A stretch of DNA of 59,994 nt, taken from the NCBI GenBank assembly GCA_015486895.1, contig WFQT01000217.1, positions 1 to 59,994 on the forward strand, written 5' to 3'. Under the pieces are notes generated by a model that had not been told where the DNA came from, did no database searches, and saw only the letters and a program-made list of their open reading frames with translations. Position numbers and translations under genes: made by a program. Positions within the stretch are counted from its first letter, which is position 1. Each line of letters begins with the position of its first letter. This document shows positions 27,235 to 37,174 of this stretch, one piece after another. The stretch comes from Anaerolineae bacterium. Lineage in GTDB: Bacteria; Chloroflexota; Anaerolineae; JAADDB01.

Positions 27235-28995
27235 CTACATCTTTCCGTAGACAGAGTCCAGTTCTTCGTCCGGAATATCAAACGCCACGTTGTGGGGCGG
27301 CAACTTCTCATAGTACATAAATTCCGGCAAACGATCATCCGCCTTAGTGAAGCCAGCGCTTTCATTGAAGGCCCGCTCAATCTTCAAAATTTCAGTTCCA
27401 ATGCGGATCGCGTCATCCACCGTCCAGTTCGTGCCCAAGACACCGTTGCATTCCTCCATGACGCCTTCGAAGCCAGTGGGGATATCCAAAATGGCGAAGG
27501 CAATGAAAAGACAGTGGCCTGTGGAATCGATAAATGCCGTCGCCTCCTGGAATGTGCGGCTCAAATCAGCTTTCCCCTCCAACGACAGAGGATCGGACTG
27601 CCCGCCGGAAGCGAGGTTCTCCGGAGCAATGGTATACCCAGACGTATGGTCAGCCCCCATGGTACTGGTAGCGTAGGTCACGCCGATGCCCTTGATGGCC
27701 CTCGGTTCATAGGCAGGCATGTTCTGTCCTTTGACAGATGGCACGCGGATAACACCTAATGCTTTCCCAGCCAATGTGGCGCCGTTGCCCAACAGGCGGC
27801 CCAATGGTGTACCCTTGCCTACCTCTTTCATGAGCTCGATAGCTTTTTGCCCATCTCCGAACTCAGCCAACCCCGCTTCCATGGCTATGGCAATGGTACC
27901 ACCCATCTCAATAGTGTCCATGCCAAAGTCATTGGTCATCCGCGTCAGTTCACCGATAGTATCTAAGCTATCAATGCCACAGTTGGCACCGAAAGCCCAG
28001 GTGGTTTCATACTCAATGACGGAAACTAATTCCGAACCGTCTGGCTTAGGAATAATGTTGGAGCACTGGATGATGCAGCCGGGGTGGCAAGGATGACCCA
28101 TGCGCCCACCGCCGCGCTCTTTCACCAACTGCGCCATGGCTTCGCCAGAAATCTTGGCCGCGCCCTCAAAGCGACCCTCTCGGAAGTTGTGTGTTGGCAG
28201 ACCGCCAGCTTCATTGATTATGTTGACCAGGACTGCCGTACCCAAGGTGTTCAACCCGCCGCCCGGCTTGGTAATGGGATGATTGCGCAAAGCGTCTACA
28301 AGTTTCTTGCGCCCTTGCTCGAAGATGCCCTTATCCTGCAGAGGCACCGCCGGCGCGCCGGTTCGATCTGTCACGATGAACTTTACCCCTTTACTGCCCA
28401 AGACGGCACCAAGACCACCGCGGCCCGAATAGCGACTGGGCCGGCCATCTGTATCATTGAAGACCACACCAGAATTCAGGTAGCGGCGTTCCCCAGCGAT
28501 CCCTATGCCGGAAATGCTCACTTTATTCCCAAAGCGAGCGAAAATCTCTGGGAAAACCTCATATAAGCCCCGGTCCAGGTACTCGTCCGCAGGGAAGAAA
28601 GCGACTTTAGGTGCTTTAGCTTTCTCATCCCATTTGATATGGATAAGCCAATACTTGTCATCCTGCTGGTACCCCTCGATGATGATGGCTTTTATCCCCA
28701 TACGGGCCAAATCCTGCGGAAACTGGGAGCCGGCATTGGATTCTTTGATGGTGCCGGTTAAGGGAGACTTCGCACCAACGGATACACGGCCGGATGTGGA
28801 AGCCGCAGTACCAGTGACAATGCCTGGTGCAAAGACAATCTTGTTGTGCGGCCCCAACGGGTGCACAGTGGGTTTCACTTCATTGGAGACAATAGTAGAA
28901 GTGAGCCCGCGGCCTCCTAAGTCATGGTATGCCTTTGGTACATCTTCAAACTGAAAACTACGATCCATCATGTTAATACGCAAAATCTTTCTCAT
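27235..28995 (-). CDS. aor: Aldehyde:ferredoxin oxidoreductase (tungstopterin AOR family).
   Basis: N-terminus MRKILRINMMDRSF...GGRGLTS, with AOR_N plus AOR_C domain length and motifs. GGAGG SD before ATG 28995. Confidence 0.9.
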   Translation of the reverse strand: MRKILRINMMDRSFQFEDVPKAYHDLGGRGLTSTIVSNEVKPTVHPLGPHNKIVFAPGIVTGTAASTSGRVSVGAKSPLTGTIKESNAGSQFPQDLARMGIKAIIIEGYQQDDKYWLIHIKWDEKAKAPKVAFFPADEYLDRGLYEVFPEIFARFGNKVSISGIGIAGERRYLNSGVVFNDTDGRPSRYSGRGGLGAVLGSKGVKFIVTDRTGAPAVPLQDKGIFEQGRKKLVDALRNHPITKPGGGLNTLGTAVLVNIINEAGGLPTHNFREGRFEGAAKISGEAMAQLVKERGGGRMGHPCHPGCIIQCSNIIPKPDGSELVSVIEYETTWAFGANCGIDSLDTIGELTRMTNDFGMDTIEMGGTIAIAMEAGLAEFGDGQKAIELMKEVGKGTPLGRLLGNGATLAGKALGVIRVPSVKGQNMPAYEPRAIKGIGVTYATSTMGADHTSGYTIAPENLASGGQSDPLSLEGKADLSRTFQEATAFIDSTGHCLFIAFAILDIPTGFEGVMEECNGVLGTNWTVDDAIRIGTEILKIERAFNESAGFTKADDRLPEFMYYEKLPPHNVAFDIPDEELDSVYGKM

Positions 28996-29418
28996 AGTAT
29001 CCTCCTCACCAAGGTTAAAGGCCACTACTCAGGAGAAACGCATACAACACTGATTTTCATTGATGCTCTTTGAACTATGCAATCCGCATATTACATAAAA
29101 TCAGAGTTCCATGCCCCTCAGCCTGAAGAGTGACATTCTCAAGTGAAAAAGCCCTTTCTTTTTCACCACTACACCCGAAGACACAAGAATGCCCCCAGCG
29201 CGAGCAGAACAAAAAAGCGCTATGCGAATCTCGCATAACGCTCTGCTCTCTTATAACTCGACACTTTGGCAATTGCTTTGTTTCTGCTTACCAAACTTGT
29301 TGGATATTCACCGGGCATCATACAACCCTTTCCATGCCACGGAGTTGCTCCATTACTACACCTCAAATCTGGACAATAGCATTTTCGGACACGATTCAAA
29401 AGAGCTATTTTCCATCTC

Positions 29419-29578
29419 GACAAATTTACTGAGACATCGCGGCTGATTAGGCCACGAAATAACACGGATTTACACGGAAAATTTTTGTCTTTAGCCTTTT
29501 CTGTGCCTTTCCGTGTTACTCTGTGGCCTACTTTCCAGCCCTATTTGTCAGGATCGTTTCGATTCGAAATGAACCATG
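29419..29578 (+). repeat. Dispersed intergenic repeat, family 1, copy B.
   Basis: See copy A. Confidence 0.85.
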
Positions 29579-30138
29579 CCCATCCTCGGCTTTAGCCCCA
29601 GATTTTCACTCAATTCTAGAGAAAAATCAAACCAAAAATCTATCTATCTGACAGTTTGTGCTCATCCCCCTGCGCCAGGCCTACTTTGGAAATAGCATCG
29701 CCGCAGAATCACAGTCGCGGCCAGAAACCCGCACCTGGAGACAACGTACCACATGCAATAACCGCATCTCAAACTATCATGCAGAATTCACGGTATTGCT
29801 CATTCTCCTTTCGTCAAAGTGTCAGATGGCCAGACCAAAATTTGGCGTAAATTATGTAATCGGTGGTCGTAATTGCCTTGTTGAACCACGAAATAGATTT
29901 CTGCCAGACTCTAATTTGAATTATATACCGGATTGTTCCTTATTGCAAATGCAAGTGCCAAGTGAGCTTTAGAAGCAAATCCAAGGTGCCTGAGGGGCTT
30001 CTAAAGGCCCCTCTATAAGGTTTTCAGATCCCATCAACCATGTTCGGAAAACGGGAGACATACTTTAAGAGGCTTCACGGATGCTCCTGAGCATTTTTGC
30101 AATTTAATTTACTTGGGACTCCCCCAAGTGTGCACCGT

Positions 30139-30339
30139 CTAACGACGAAAATGAGGCCAAAAGGCCGGTACCCGGTGAGCATACTTCTCATAGGTAGGAC
30201 CAAACCGTCCCCGAGCCTCTTTCTCTCCCACCCAGAAAGTTAAGCGGACAACATTAGCGATGCCCAAGGTAGCGCTGGCGAAGGTGAAGTCAAATAATTG
30301 GTTGACCAAACCAATACCCACTATAAGATCAGCATGAAG
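30139..30339 (-). pseudogene. C-terminal remnant of an ICMT/phospholipid-methyltransferase-family membrane protein.
   Basis: Only the last ~65 aa resemble the family C-terminus (...VGEKEARGRFGPTYEKYAHRVPAFWP, compare EE..L...FG..Y..Y...VP). There is no N-terminal TM region, and the frame overlaps the neighbouring ORF. Confidence 0.4.
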
Positions 30340-30349
30340 CCGACGATCT

Positions 30350-30676
30350 TCATTTCTCTTTGCCCCTTTTTTTCCAGCGCCGCAGAATAATAGCAGCCGC
30401 TTCCTTAATCGCATCTTTCTCCCGTTTCCCTTCTGCTAAACGGCGCAAATGCAGGGAAAAGTAACGGCCGTTAGGATCCAGTTGCAATATCTGATCACCT
30501 AACTTTCGCAGCGCCCCCCTCTCGTGATATTGAGATAGCATGATGCGCAGGCGGCTGCGCACTGCTCGCGGTACTTGCCAGCGATAAATCCAGCTCACTG
30601 CCCGTTCACTCCGCTGCAAAGCAGCTAACATTTGTCGTAAAAGGGCTTCATCGCTCAGATTAACTCGTTTGCCCAT
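30350..30676 (-). CDS. Hypothetical small basic helical protein (108 aa).
   Basis: An ORF with an ATG start only. I recognise no family. It lies in a repeat-rich, decayed region. Confidence 0.3.
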   Translation of the reverse strand: MGKRVNLSDEALLRQMLAALQRSERAVSWIYRWQVPRAVRSRLRIMLSQYHERGALRKLGDQILQLDPNGRYFSLHLRRLAEGKREKDAIKEAAAIILRRWKKRGKEK

Positions 30677-30975
30677 GCTCTTAAACTCCTTTCGAAGGTA
30701 GTCATCATGTCGGTTCGGACACTACATTTGGGAATTAGAGTCACCGCTGGCGCTCGCGTGTGCGGCATGCGTCGCTCGTACCAAACGTGATGTCTATTTT
30801 CGGAATAGAAAGTTTGTAACTACCAAGGTATCCTCGTTCTCAGCACCAGATTTCACGGATTTTCATAGATAATTTAAAATCCGCGCAACCTGTGCAATAG
30901 GTGATTGAATCCAGAGCACAAAAGGGCTACTTTTCGAGGCGCCTTAGTAGTTACGAAAGTTTATAGAAATCCGTG

Positions 30976-32373
30976 TTATCCGTGAGCTGTTTCCGGAGTA
31001 GTGCCCCGGGAAAGCGGCTGCTCAGCGATAGACAGGTATAGAGAATATTTCTGCCTCGCTGGGGGCAGAGCGGCATTGTCATCAGTTAGGGACAACAATG
31101 GTTCGGCGGTGATGACGTTGCCATCGCTTGTCAGAAGACGCGCGGGTAAGACCTGATTGTGCAAGTCAACATAGGCAGGGAGCAACGCTTGCACCCGCAG
31201 GTAGTTGTCAGTTAAGCCACGCCAGCAATACCAACCGGGAGCCTCACGGTGGCGCTCTTCCCAGAGAACAGGCCATGTTTCTCCCAAGAAACGCGTTAGA
31301 TGGGCAGTTTTGCTTGCCATCATTATTTGCTGAGCCGCTTTGAGCCGTTGCCTCTTCACCGGGCCGGGCACCTGCCCCGGCAGGATGCTGGCGGGGGTAC
31401 CTTCTCGCGGCGAGTAAGGGAAAATATGAATGTGGCCAAAAGCCATTTCCTCCACAAATGCTAAAGAGACGGCAAAGTCAGTCTCGGTCTCGCCGGGGAA
31501 ACCGACTATCAGGTCAGTGGTAACCGTCAGCCCAGGTATGACGGCCCGCGCCGCAGCCACTAACGCCGCAAAAGATTCTCGCGTCGTGTGGCGTCCCATG
31601 CGCCGTAATGTGCGATCACAGCCGCTTTGCAGTGGCATGTGCAGATGTGGTAATAGGCGCCCGCCGCTCAGACCCCACAAATCGAAGAAATGCTCCGGCA
31701 AGTCCCACGGCTCAATGGAACTCAGCCGCAAGCGGGGGATAACCGTCTCTGCCAACAACACCGTCACTAAGTCGTACAGGCCATAACCCAAATCGTGGCC
31801 ATACGCGCCTAAATGCACCCCGGTCAAAACGACTTCGCGATAACCTGCTGCCGCTAAGCTATTCACCTCGGCGATAACTTCGGCTAAGGGACGGCTCCGC
31901 TCTTCTCCACGGAGAAGTCGCACGATGCAGTATGTGCAGTGATTGTTACAGCCATCTTGCACTTTCACAAAAGCGCGAGTACGGTGGCTAGCCGGCTCTA
32001 TGGCGGTTGGCAGTACAACTGTCTGGGTCTGGTCGCCCCAACGCCGCAATACTTCTTCCACTAAGTGCTCTTTCTGCCGGTTATCTAAGACAAGTTCAAC
32101 GCCGGGGAAGGTAGCTAAAGCATCGCCGGCTAAAGTGGCATAGCAGCCAGTCACCACGATGCGGCATTGCGGGTTCAGGCGGTGCAATCGTCGCAGCCGC
32201 TGTCGTGATTTGCGCCCCGCTTCTCCGGTAACAGCACAACTGTTCAAAATGCAGGTATCCGCCTGCGCCGGCCGAGCGACTATCTGTTGCCCGGCCGCTA
32301 GAAAAGCGCGCCCCCAGGCAGTCGATTCAGCTTCGTTCAAACGGCAGCCTAAGGTATCTAAGTAAATGCGCAA
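30976..32373 (-). CDS. mtaB: MiaB-like tRNA methylthiotransferase, MtaB type.
   Basis: RIYLDTLGCRLNEAES N-terminal UPF0004 motif, a CNNHCTYC radical-SAM triad and a TRAM-like C-terminus. TTG start with a 'gggggat' SD. Confidence 0.75.
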   Translation of the reverse strand: MRIYLDTLGCRLNEAESTAWGRAFLAAGQQIVARPAQADTCILNSCAVTGEAGRKSRQRLRRLHRLNPQCRIVVTGCYATLAGDALATFPGVELVLDNRQKEHLVEEVLRRWGDQTQTVVLPTAIEPASHRTRAFVKVQDGCNNHCTYCIVRLLRGEERSRPLAEVIAEVNSLAAAGYREVVLTGVHLGAYGHDLGYGLYDLVTVLLAETVIPRLRLSSIEPWDLPEHFFDLWGLSGGRLLPHLHMPLQSGCDRTLRRMGRHTTRESFAALVAAARAVIPGLTVTTDLIVGFPGETETDFAVSLAFVEEMAFGHIHIFPYSPREGTPASILPGQVPGPVKRQRLKAAQQIMMASKTAHLTRFLGETWPVLWEERHREAPGWYCWRGLTDNYLRVQALLPAYVDLHNQVLPARLLTSDGNVITAEPLLSLTDDNAALPPARQKYSLYLSIAEQPLSRGTTPETAHG

Positions 32374-32641
32374 GTTACATCCCCCTACGAGCGTGTTAGC
32401 GGCCGGTTTGTGTGATCTTTTCGGTCAGCCAGAACCGGCCATCCGCCTAATCTGTGCCCAGCGTGGTGCAGTATAACTCAACCTTCGAGGGAATGGCAAG
32501 CAACTTTTGCCTTTCGCGTAAGGGGCAGCAAGATGGTATACAGGTACTTCATTGCCCGAATCTGCATATGTCGTGCCTGCACCTGCGGGTGCCGTAGCAA
32601 CCCATGAAGAAGAATTCTGACAAGCTCTTTTCGCATCCTGA

Positions 32642-32671
32642 TTGACACCAACATACAGACAATGTTATGAT
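32642..32671 (+). promoter_or_regulatory. Predicted promoter of glyA (TTGACA, 18-bp spacer, TGt-TATGAT).
   Basis: The -35 is at 32642-32647 and the extended -10 at 32663-32671, ~45 nt upstream of ATG 32720. Confidence 0.5.
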
Positions 32672-32719
32672 GACATCACGATCCAGCAAAATTCTGTCAG
32701 CGCACAAAGGAGGAAACTA

Positions 32720-34012
32720 ATGGGAGCGACAATCGGAATCTGGAAATCGTGGGCAGAAACAGATGATCCACGCCGCGCTCTCCAGGAACAAGATCCAGAG
32801 CTATTTGCTGCCATAGAAGGAGAACGGCGGCGACAGTGGGAAGGAATCGAGCTTATCGCCGCAGAAAATTACGTTAGCGCTGCCGTTTTGGCTGCTATGG
32901 GATCGGTGCTAACCAATAAATACGCCGAGGGCTACCCAGGAAGGCGTTATTACGGCGGTTGCCAGTGGGTAGATGTCAGTGAGCGGTTGGCTATCGAACG
33001 TGCCCAAGAACTATTCGGCGCCGAACATGCCAACGTTCAGGCGCATAGCGGCACCCAGGCCAATTTAGCCACTTATCTGGCATTGATGGATCCCGGCGAT
33101 ATCGCCTTAGCGATGAAGTTAGATCACGGCGGCCATTTGAGCCACGGCTTCCGGCTGAATGCTTCCGGCCAGCTCTACCATTTCTACCATTATGGAGTCC
33201 GCAAGGACACGGAACTAATTGACTATGATGAATTAGCTCGCTTGGCCCGCGAGCACCGGCCAAAAGTCATCGTCATCGGCACCTCTGCTTACCCACGCTG
33301 GTTTGATTACCCATTGCTACGGGATATAGCCGACGAAGTAGGCGCTTACTTAGTCATGGACATGGCGCATGTCGCCGGCCTCATTGCCGCTAAATTGCAT
33401 CCCGACCCAGTGCCATACTGTGATGTGGTCACCAGTACTACTCACAAGACCCTGCGGGGTCCTCGCGGGGGACTGATTCTCTGCAAAGCAGAGTTGGCCG
33501 AGAAAATTGACAAAGCCGTATTCCCCGGTACCCAAGGGGGGCCTTTAGAGCATGTTATCGCCGCTAAAGCTGTCTCATTCCACGAGGCACTGAAGCCAGG
33601 CTTCAAAGATTACGCTCAACACATTTTGGACAACAGTAAAGCATTAGGCAAAGCTGTCGCCGCCGAGGGAATGCGCCTGGTTTCTGGCGGCACCGACAAC
33701 CACCTGATCTTGGTCGATCTAACCCCTTTAGGGATTACCGGAAAAGTGGCGGAGAAAACATTAGACAGAGTCAATATCCATGCTAACAAAAACATGATTC
33801 CCTTTGACACAAAACCGCCATTAGTGGCATCCGGCATTCGCTTAGGCACACCAGCGGTGACAACGCGGGGCATGGGGCCACAGGAAATGGCTCAGATCGG
33901 CCACTGGATCGGCGAAGCGTTACGTCATCACAACGACAAGGCCTTCTTAGCCGCTTTGCGAGAAGAGATACGTTCTTTCGCCACCAGTTTCCCCGTACCA
34001 GAAGACTGCTGA
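32720..34012 (+). CDS. glyA: Serine hydroxymethyltransferase.
   Basis: [10 protein letters not shown]...[16 protein letters not shown]...[14 protein letters not shown] (PLP lysine motif). 'aaaggagg' SD before ATG 32720. Confidence 0.95.
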   Translation: MGATIGIWKSWAETDDPRRALQEQDPELFAAIEGERRRQWEGIELIAAENYVSAAVLAAMGSVLTNKYAEGYPGRRYYGGCQWVDVSERLAIERAQELFGAEHANVQAHSGTQANLATYLALMDPGDIALAMKLDHGGHLSHGFRLNASGQLYHFYHYGVRKDTELIDYDELARLAREHRPKVIVIGTSAYPRWFDYPLLRDIADEVGAYLVMDMAHVAGLIAAKLHPDPVPYCDVVTSTTHKTLRGPRGGLILCKAELAEKIDKAVFPGTQGGPLEHVIAAKAVSFHEALKPGFKDYAQHILDNSKALGKAVAAEGMRLVSGGTDNHLILVDLTPLGITGKVAEKTLDRVNIHANKNMIPFDTKPPLVASGIRLGTPAVTTRGMGPQEMAQIGHWIGEALRHHNDKAFLAALREEIRSFATSFPVPEDC

Positions 34013-34028
34013 AAACAAAACACAGGCA

Positions 34029-34721
34029 TTGGAAATTCCGCTCTTCCCGGCACTATTTTACCGCCGTGAAAAGGGAGCAAAATTGCGAAAGAGCTTACTA
34101 TCATTCTATAGGGGAATGCACTTACTCTACGAGGATCTCTTTCTTTTCGTTGGGACTTCTGTGCTTTGGTGGGTAGGGATAATTTTGATCATTCCGGCTG
34201 CCCCGGCCACCGCTGCTTTAAACCAAATTGCTTACGAGCGCGTCCATGGCCGCCGCGCCGCCATCAGTGATTTCTGGCCGGCGCTCAAGTCTCACTTTGG
34301 GCACAGTTGGCTCATTGCCGCTTTGGACCTGGTAGGCTTCGCCATTATCGGCACAAACTTGCTTTTCTACGCTCAAAGCTCGGCACTGGCATTACACGCA
34401 GTGGCCATCTTCTGGATAGTAGTCTTGTCCTGGTGGTCAGTGGGGAATCTTTACCTGTTCCCTTTCCTCTTAGGACTCGAGAAGCCGCGACCGTGGTTGG
34501 TTTTCCGAAGCGCCATGTTGTTACCATTCGCCAAGCCAGGGCAAACTATCTCTTTAGCCCTGTTTGTCATCTCATTGACCATCATTAGTGTGCCTATTGT
34601 AATTTTACTCTTGCTAATCTGGCCTGCAGCCGTGGCTGTGCTCTCACATACCTTTTTCCGTGATATCATGGAAGAGCTTGTTCCCGGCCAAGGTAAAGAG
34701 GCTAACAAAACACTATCGTAG
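34029..34721 (+). CDS. DUF624-like (YesL-like) membrane protein. The start is uncertain.
   Basis: Polytopic membrane ORF. The N-terminal region LSFYRGMHLLYEDLFLFVGTSVLWWVG resembles DUF624. TTG 34029 or ATG 34116. Confidence 0.45.
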   Translation: MEIPLFPALFYRREKGAKLRKSLLSFYRGMHLLYEDLFLFVGTSVLWWVGIILIIPAAPATAALNQIAYERVHGRRAAISDFWPALKSHFGHSWLIAALDLVGFAIIGTNLLFYAQSSALALHAVAIFWIVVLSWWSVGNLYLFPFLLGLEKPRPWLVFRSAMLLPFAKPGQTISLALFVISLTIISVPIVILLLLIWPAAVAVLSHTFFRDIMEELVPGQGKEANKTLS

Positions 34722-34768
34722 GCTGGTGCAAAGGAACTCCTGTCCCATTGCTAAACAATCCCTCATGC

Positions 34769-34802
34769 AAAAAAGCGCCTCATGTGAGGCGCTTTTATTT
34801 TT
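34769..34802. terminator. Bidirectional intrinsic terminator between convergent genes.
   Basis: 'aaaaaGCGCCTCatgtGAGGCGCttttattttt': a 7-bp GC stem flanked by an A-run and a T-run. Confidence 0.8.
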
Positions 34803-34826
34803 CCATCTGGGTAGAGACCAATAGTA

Positions 34827-35321
34827 TCATCGCACCAAAGGCAGAAAAGTATACTTCGACAGTTGTGATCGATCTACTTGCCGATCGGCAAAGAAGATTT
34901 GCAGCTCAGTAGAGCCAACCGCCTCTGGAATATAAGTCACAGCAATAACATTGGCCGTCACGCTGACAAAGTTAGTCAAGTCATTTTCCACTACCAAATA
35001 ACTACCGCCAGCTAATCCCTTAAACTGAAAGATACCTTGCTCGTTGGTTTTCGCCTGGGCGACTAAAACGTCCGCGTTGTCTATTTGTGCGAGAATACCC
35101 TGATCCCGATATATTTGGATGCCCACACTGGAAAGTGCTGGCTCCTCCCCATAGGCAACGCTCCAGCCATACTCGCCGTCCCCGTTTAGATCATCAAACA
35201 CCAAGCCACTAACGCTATCACCGGTGATCGTCAATGAGCTACTATCGGCGAATGCAGGTGGCAGAGCGATCAGCACCAAGATAATTACAAAGAAGCTAAT
35301 GAATAAACTGCGTGTTTTCAT
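34827..35321 (-). CDS. Secreted SdrD-B-like domain protein.
   Basis: Signal peptide (MKTRSLFISFFVIILVLIALPPAFA) and SGLVFDDLNGDGEYG...NEQGIFQFKGLAGGSYLV. Confidence 0.65.
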   Translation of the reverse strand: MKTRSLFISFFVIILVLIALPPAFADSSSLTITGDSVSGLVFDDLNGDGEYGWSVAYGEEPALSSVGIQIYRDQGILAQIDNADVLVAQAKTNEQGIFQFKGLAGGSYLVVENDLTNFVSVTANVIAVTYIPEAVGSTELQIFFADRQVDRSQLSKYTFLPLVR

Positions 35322-35656
35322 TCTCTCTGCTCCACTTCGCCCATCACGACATCTTCAATTATATGTATAATCATATTATAGCATAGAACTTGATGAAACG
35401 AGCTTACATTTTAGGGAATTCCATCAAACCTTCTCGGTAACTAATCCTACTACTAATGAGAGTGGTTTCCTTGACTGGAGTTGTGATCAGGGTTAGATAA
35501 GTTGGACCACTTTGGCCGGCGGACTTTCAAGGCGGATCCTCATGCTTGCACGCCCGCACTCCGGAGGATGAAAACAGGTACTGGATCATGGTGGCACCTT
35601 TTACCCACGTGGCAAGTGTTACCCGTTCATCAGCGCTGCCCCCCCCAAAGCATTGT

Positions 35657-36628
35657 TCACCCCAACCACCTCTTAGCCGCGTCGTAAGCTAAATGCAAGC
35701 TGGTGGATGCACAAGTGTGCCACTGGGAGCGCAATTCTGCAAAAATGGGTGTCCTCCAGCGCCAGTAGAAGTACGTGTAAAGAAAATAGCGCAACGTAAA
35801 GCCAATACAGCCCAGAACGTGCAGCCAGAGAACCATGTGCGGAGAGAAACGATGGCGGTAATCTATGTCCATACTTTCGATGTTAGCAGCGTAAAAGGCA
35901 GCCTCCCGCTGCCGGGCACTGCGTCCAATGTGATGGATCACAGTGAACATGGGCAGGACATGAATTTGCCAGCCGGCAGCCCGCACCCGGCGACACCACT
36001 CAATATCCTCTACATACATAAAAAAGTCCTCGCTAAGATGTCCTACTTCTGTAAAAAGCACATTACGGGCCATTAAGGCTGCGCCGGAGACCCAGTCCAC
36101 CTCGATGGGCTGTTGCTTATTGTAAAAGGAGCGACCCAACCAGAGACTGCGGCAACTATGGGGGAAAACCTGATAGAGGAAGAAAGCATAGTTGAAAATG
36201 GTGTGGGGAGAGGGATCATAGCCGGCCGCACCGCCTTGCAAACGACCTTCGCCGTCCATCAGGCGAGGTCCCACTACACCGATGTGTGGGTGCTCTCGCA
36301 GATAGCCCATCATGCCCATTAATGTGTTAGGGGCGACTTCTGTGTCTGGATTGAGCAGTAGGACAAACTCGCCCCGGGCCAGAGGCAGCGCTAAGTTATT
36401 CGCCGCGGCAAAGCCAACGTTCTCTTGATTGCGCAGCAGCCGCACGGCAGGAAATGCACTCTTCACAGCCTCAATGCTGCTATCCGTGGAAGCATTGTCA
36501 ACAACAATAATTTCCCACCCGTCTGGCAGTGCATTAGCCTGCAAGCTATGCAAGCACGTTTGTAGGTATTCTCCGGCATTCCAGTTAACGATGATTATCG
36601 ATAACTGGAGCGTGGCAGATTGATTCAT
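35657..36628 (-). CDS. Glycosyltransferase family 2 (rhamnosyltransferase-like).
   Basis: LSIIIVNWNAGEYL...VVDNASTDSS...NVGFAAANN...EDIEWCRR. Confidence 0.85.
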   Translation of the reverse strand: MNQSATLQLSIIIVNWNAGEYLQTCLHSLQANALPDGWEIIVVDNASTDSSIEAVKSAFPAVRLLRNQENVGFAAANNLALPLARGEFVLLLNPDTEVAPNTLMGMMGYLREHPHIGVVGPRLMDGEGRLQGGAAGYDPSPHTIFNYAFFLYQVFPHSCRSLWLGRSFYNKQQPIEVDWVSGAALMARNVLFTEVGHLSEDFFMYVEDIEWCRRVRAAGWQIHVLPMFTVIHHIGRSARQREAAFYAANIESMDIDYRHRFSPHMVLWLHVLGCIGFTLRYFLYTYFYWRWRTPIFAELRSQWHTCASTSLHLAYDAAKRWLG

Positions 36629-36854
36629 TTAAGGTAACCTAACCTGGACAAGCCAGAACCAAAAAGCCAAACGTTAAGGTGCGAAGAAGCAAAGTCGCGA
36701 AGTCTCTTATTTTTCTCTCTGTGATCGTACCGCTCCAACCCCATCTTGGTCTAGTCGCCCCAGTCTGTTTGGCTACTTATTTTTTCGTATTCTTTACCAC
36801 CGATCGTGCAGATCCAAGACAAAGGAATCATGTAAATACGCAACCTACCTCGTC

Positions 36855-36928
36855 CAGCGATTTCCAATCGCTGCCACCGTTGCCAAACCTGCCTGCGCAG
36901 GTTGCTTGCCAATCGCCGTAGGGCGATT
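36855..36928. repeat. Three consecutive 7-bp hairpins inside a ~340-bp repeat-like intergenic block (36680-37016).
   Basis: The stems are cagcgat/atcgctg (36855-36873), aacctgc/gcaggtt (36886-36903) and aatcgcc/ggcgatt (36911-36928). The block ends carry inverted 'gcgaag/gcaaag' word arrays. Confidence 0.55.
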
Positions 36929-37037
36929 TTGCAGGCGTTGCCGTGACTTATAGTCGCTGGGCTGAGTAGTTACATTTCTTCTTTGCCTCTTAATGACCTT
37001 TGCGGCCTTGCGTTAAATTTTTTGTTTTCCTGTCCAG

Positions 37038-37122
37038 CATCCGTCCTACCCCGCCTTTAGCGAAGGAGAACGGCCCACGCCGATCCGATTTGTCACCTGA
37101 AGATACGCTAGGAACGGGGGTA
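37038..37122 (+). repeat. Conserved intergenic motif, copy X2.
   Basis: See 20558-20628. Confidence 0.5.
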
Positions 37123-37174
37123 CCTATGAGTCGTCAACAACGCAAGAGTGTAACTGCGTAGCCGCTCTTACCAG

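Noticed and set aside
32374-32719. A ZTP, THF or glycine-type riboswitch upstream of glyA.
   Set aside because: I could not find the conserved cores (for example 'ccgcctggg' for ZTP). The best promoter candidate leaves only a ~45-nt leader, too short for those aptamers.
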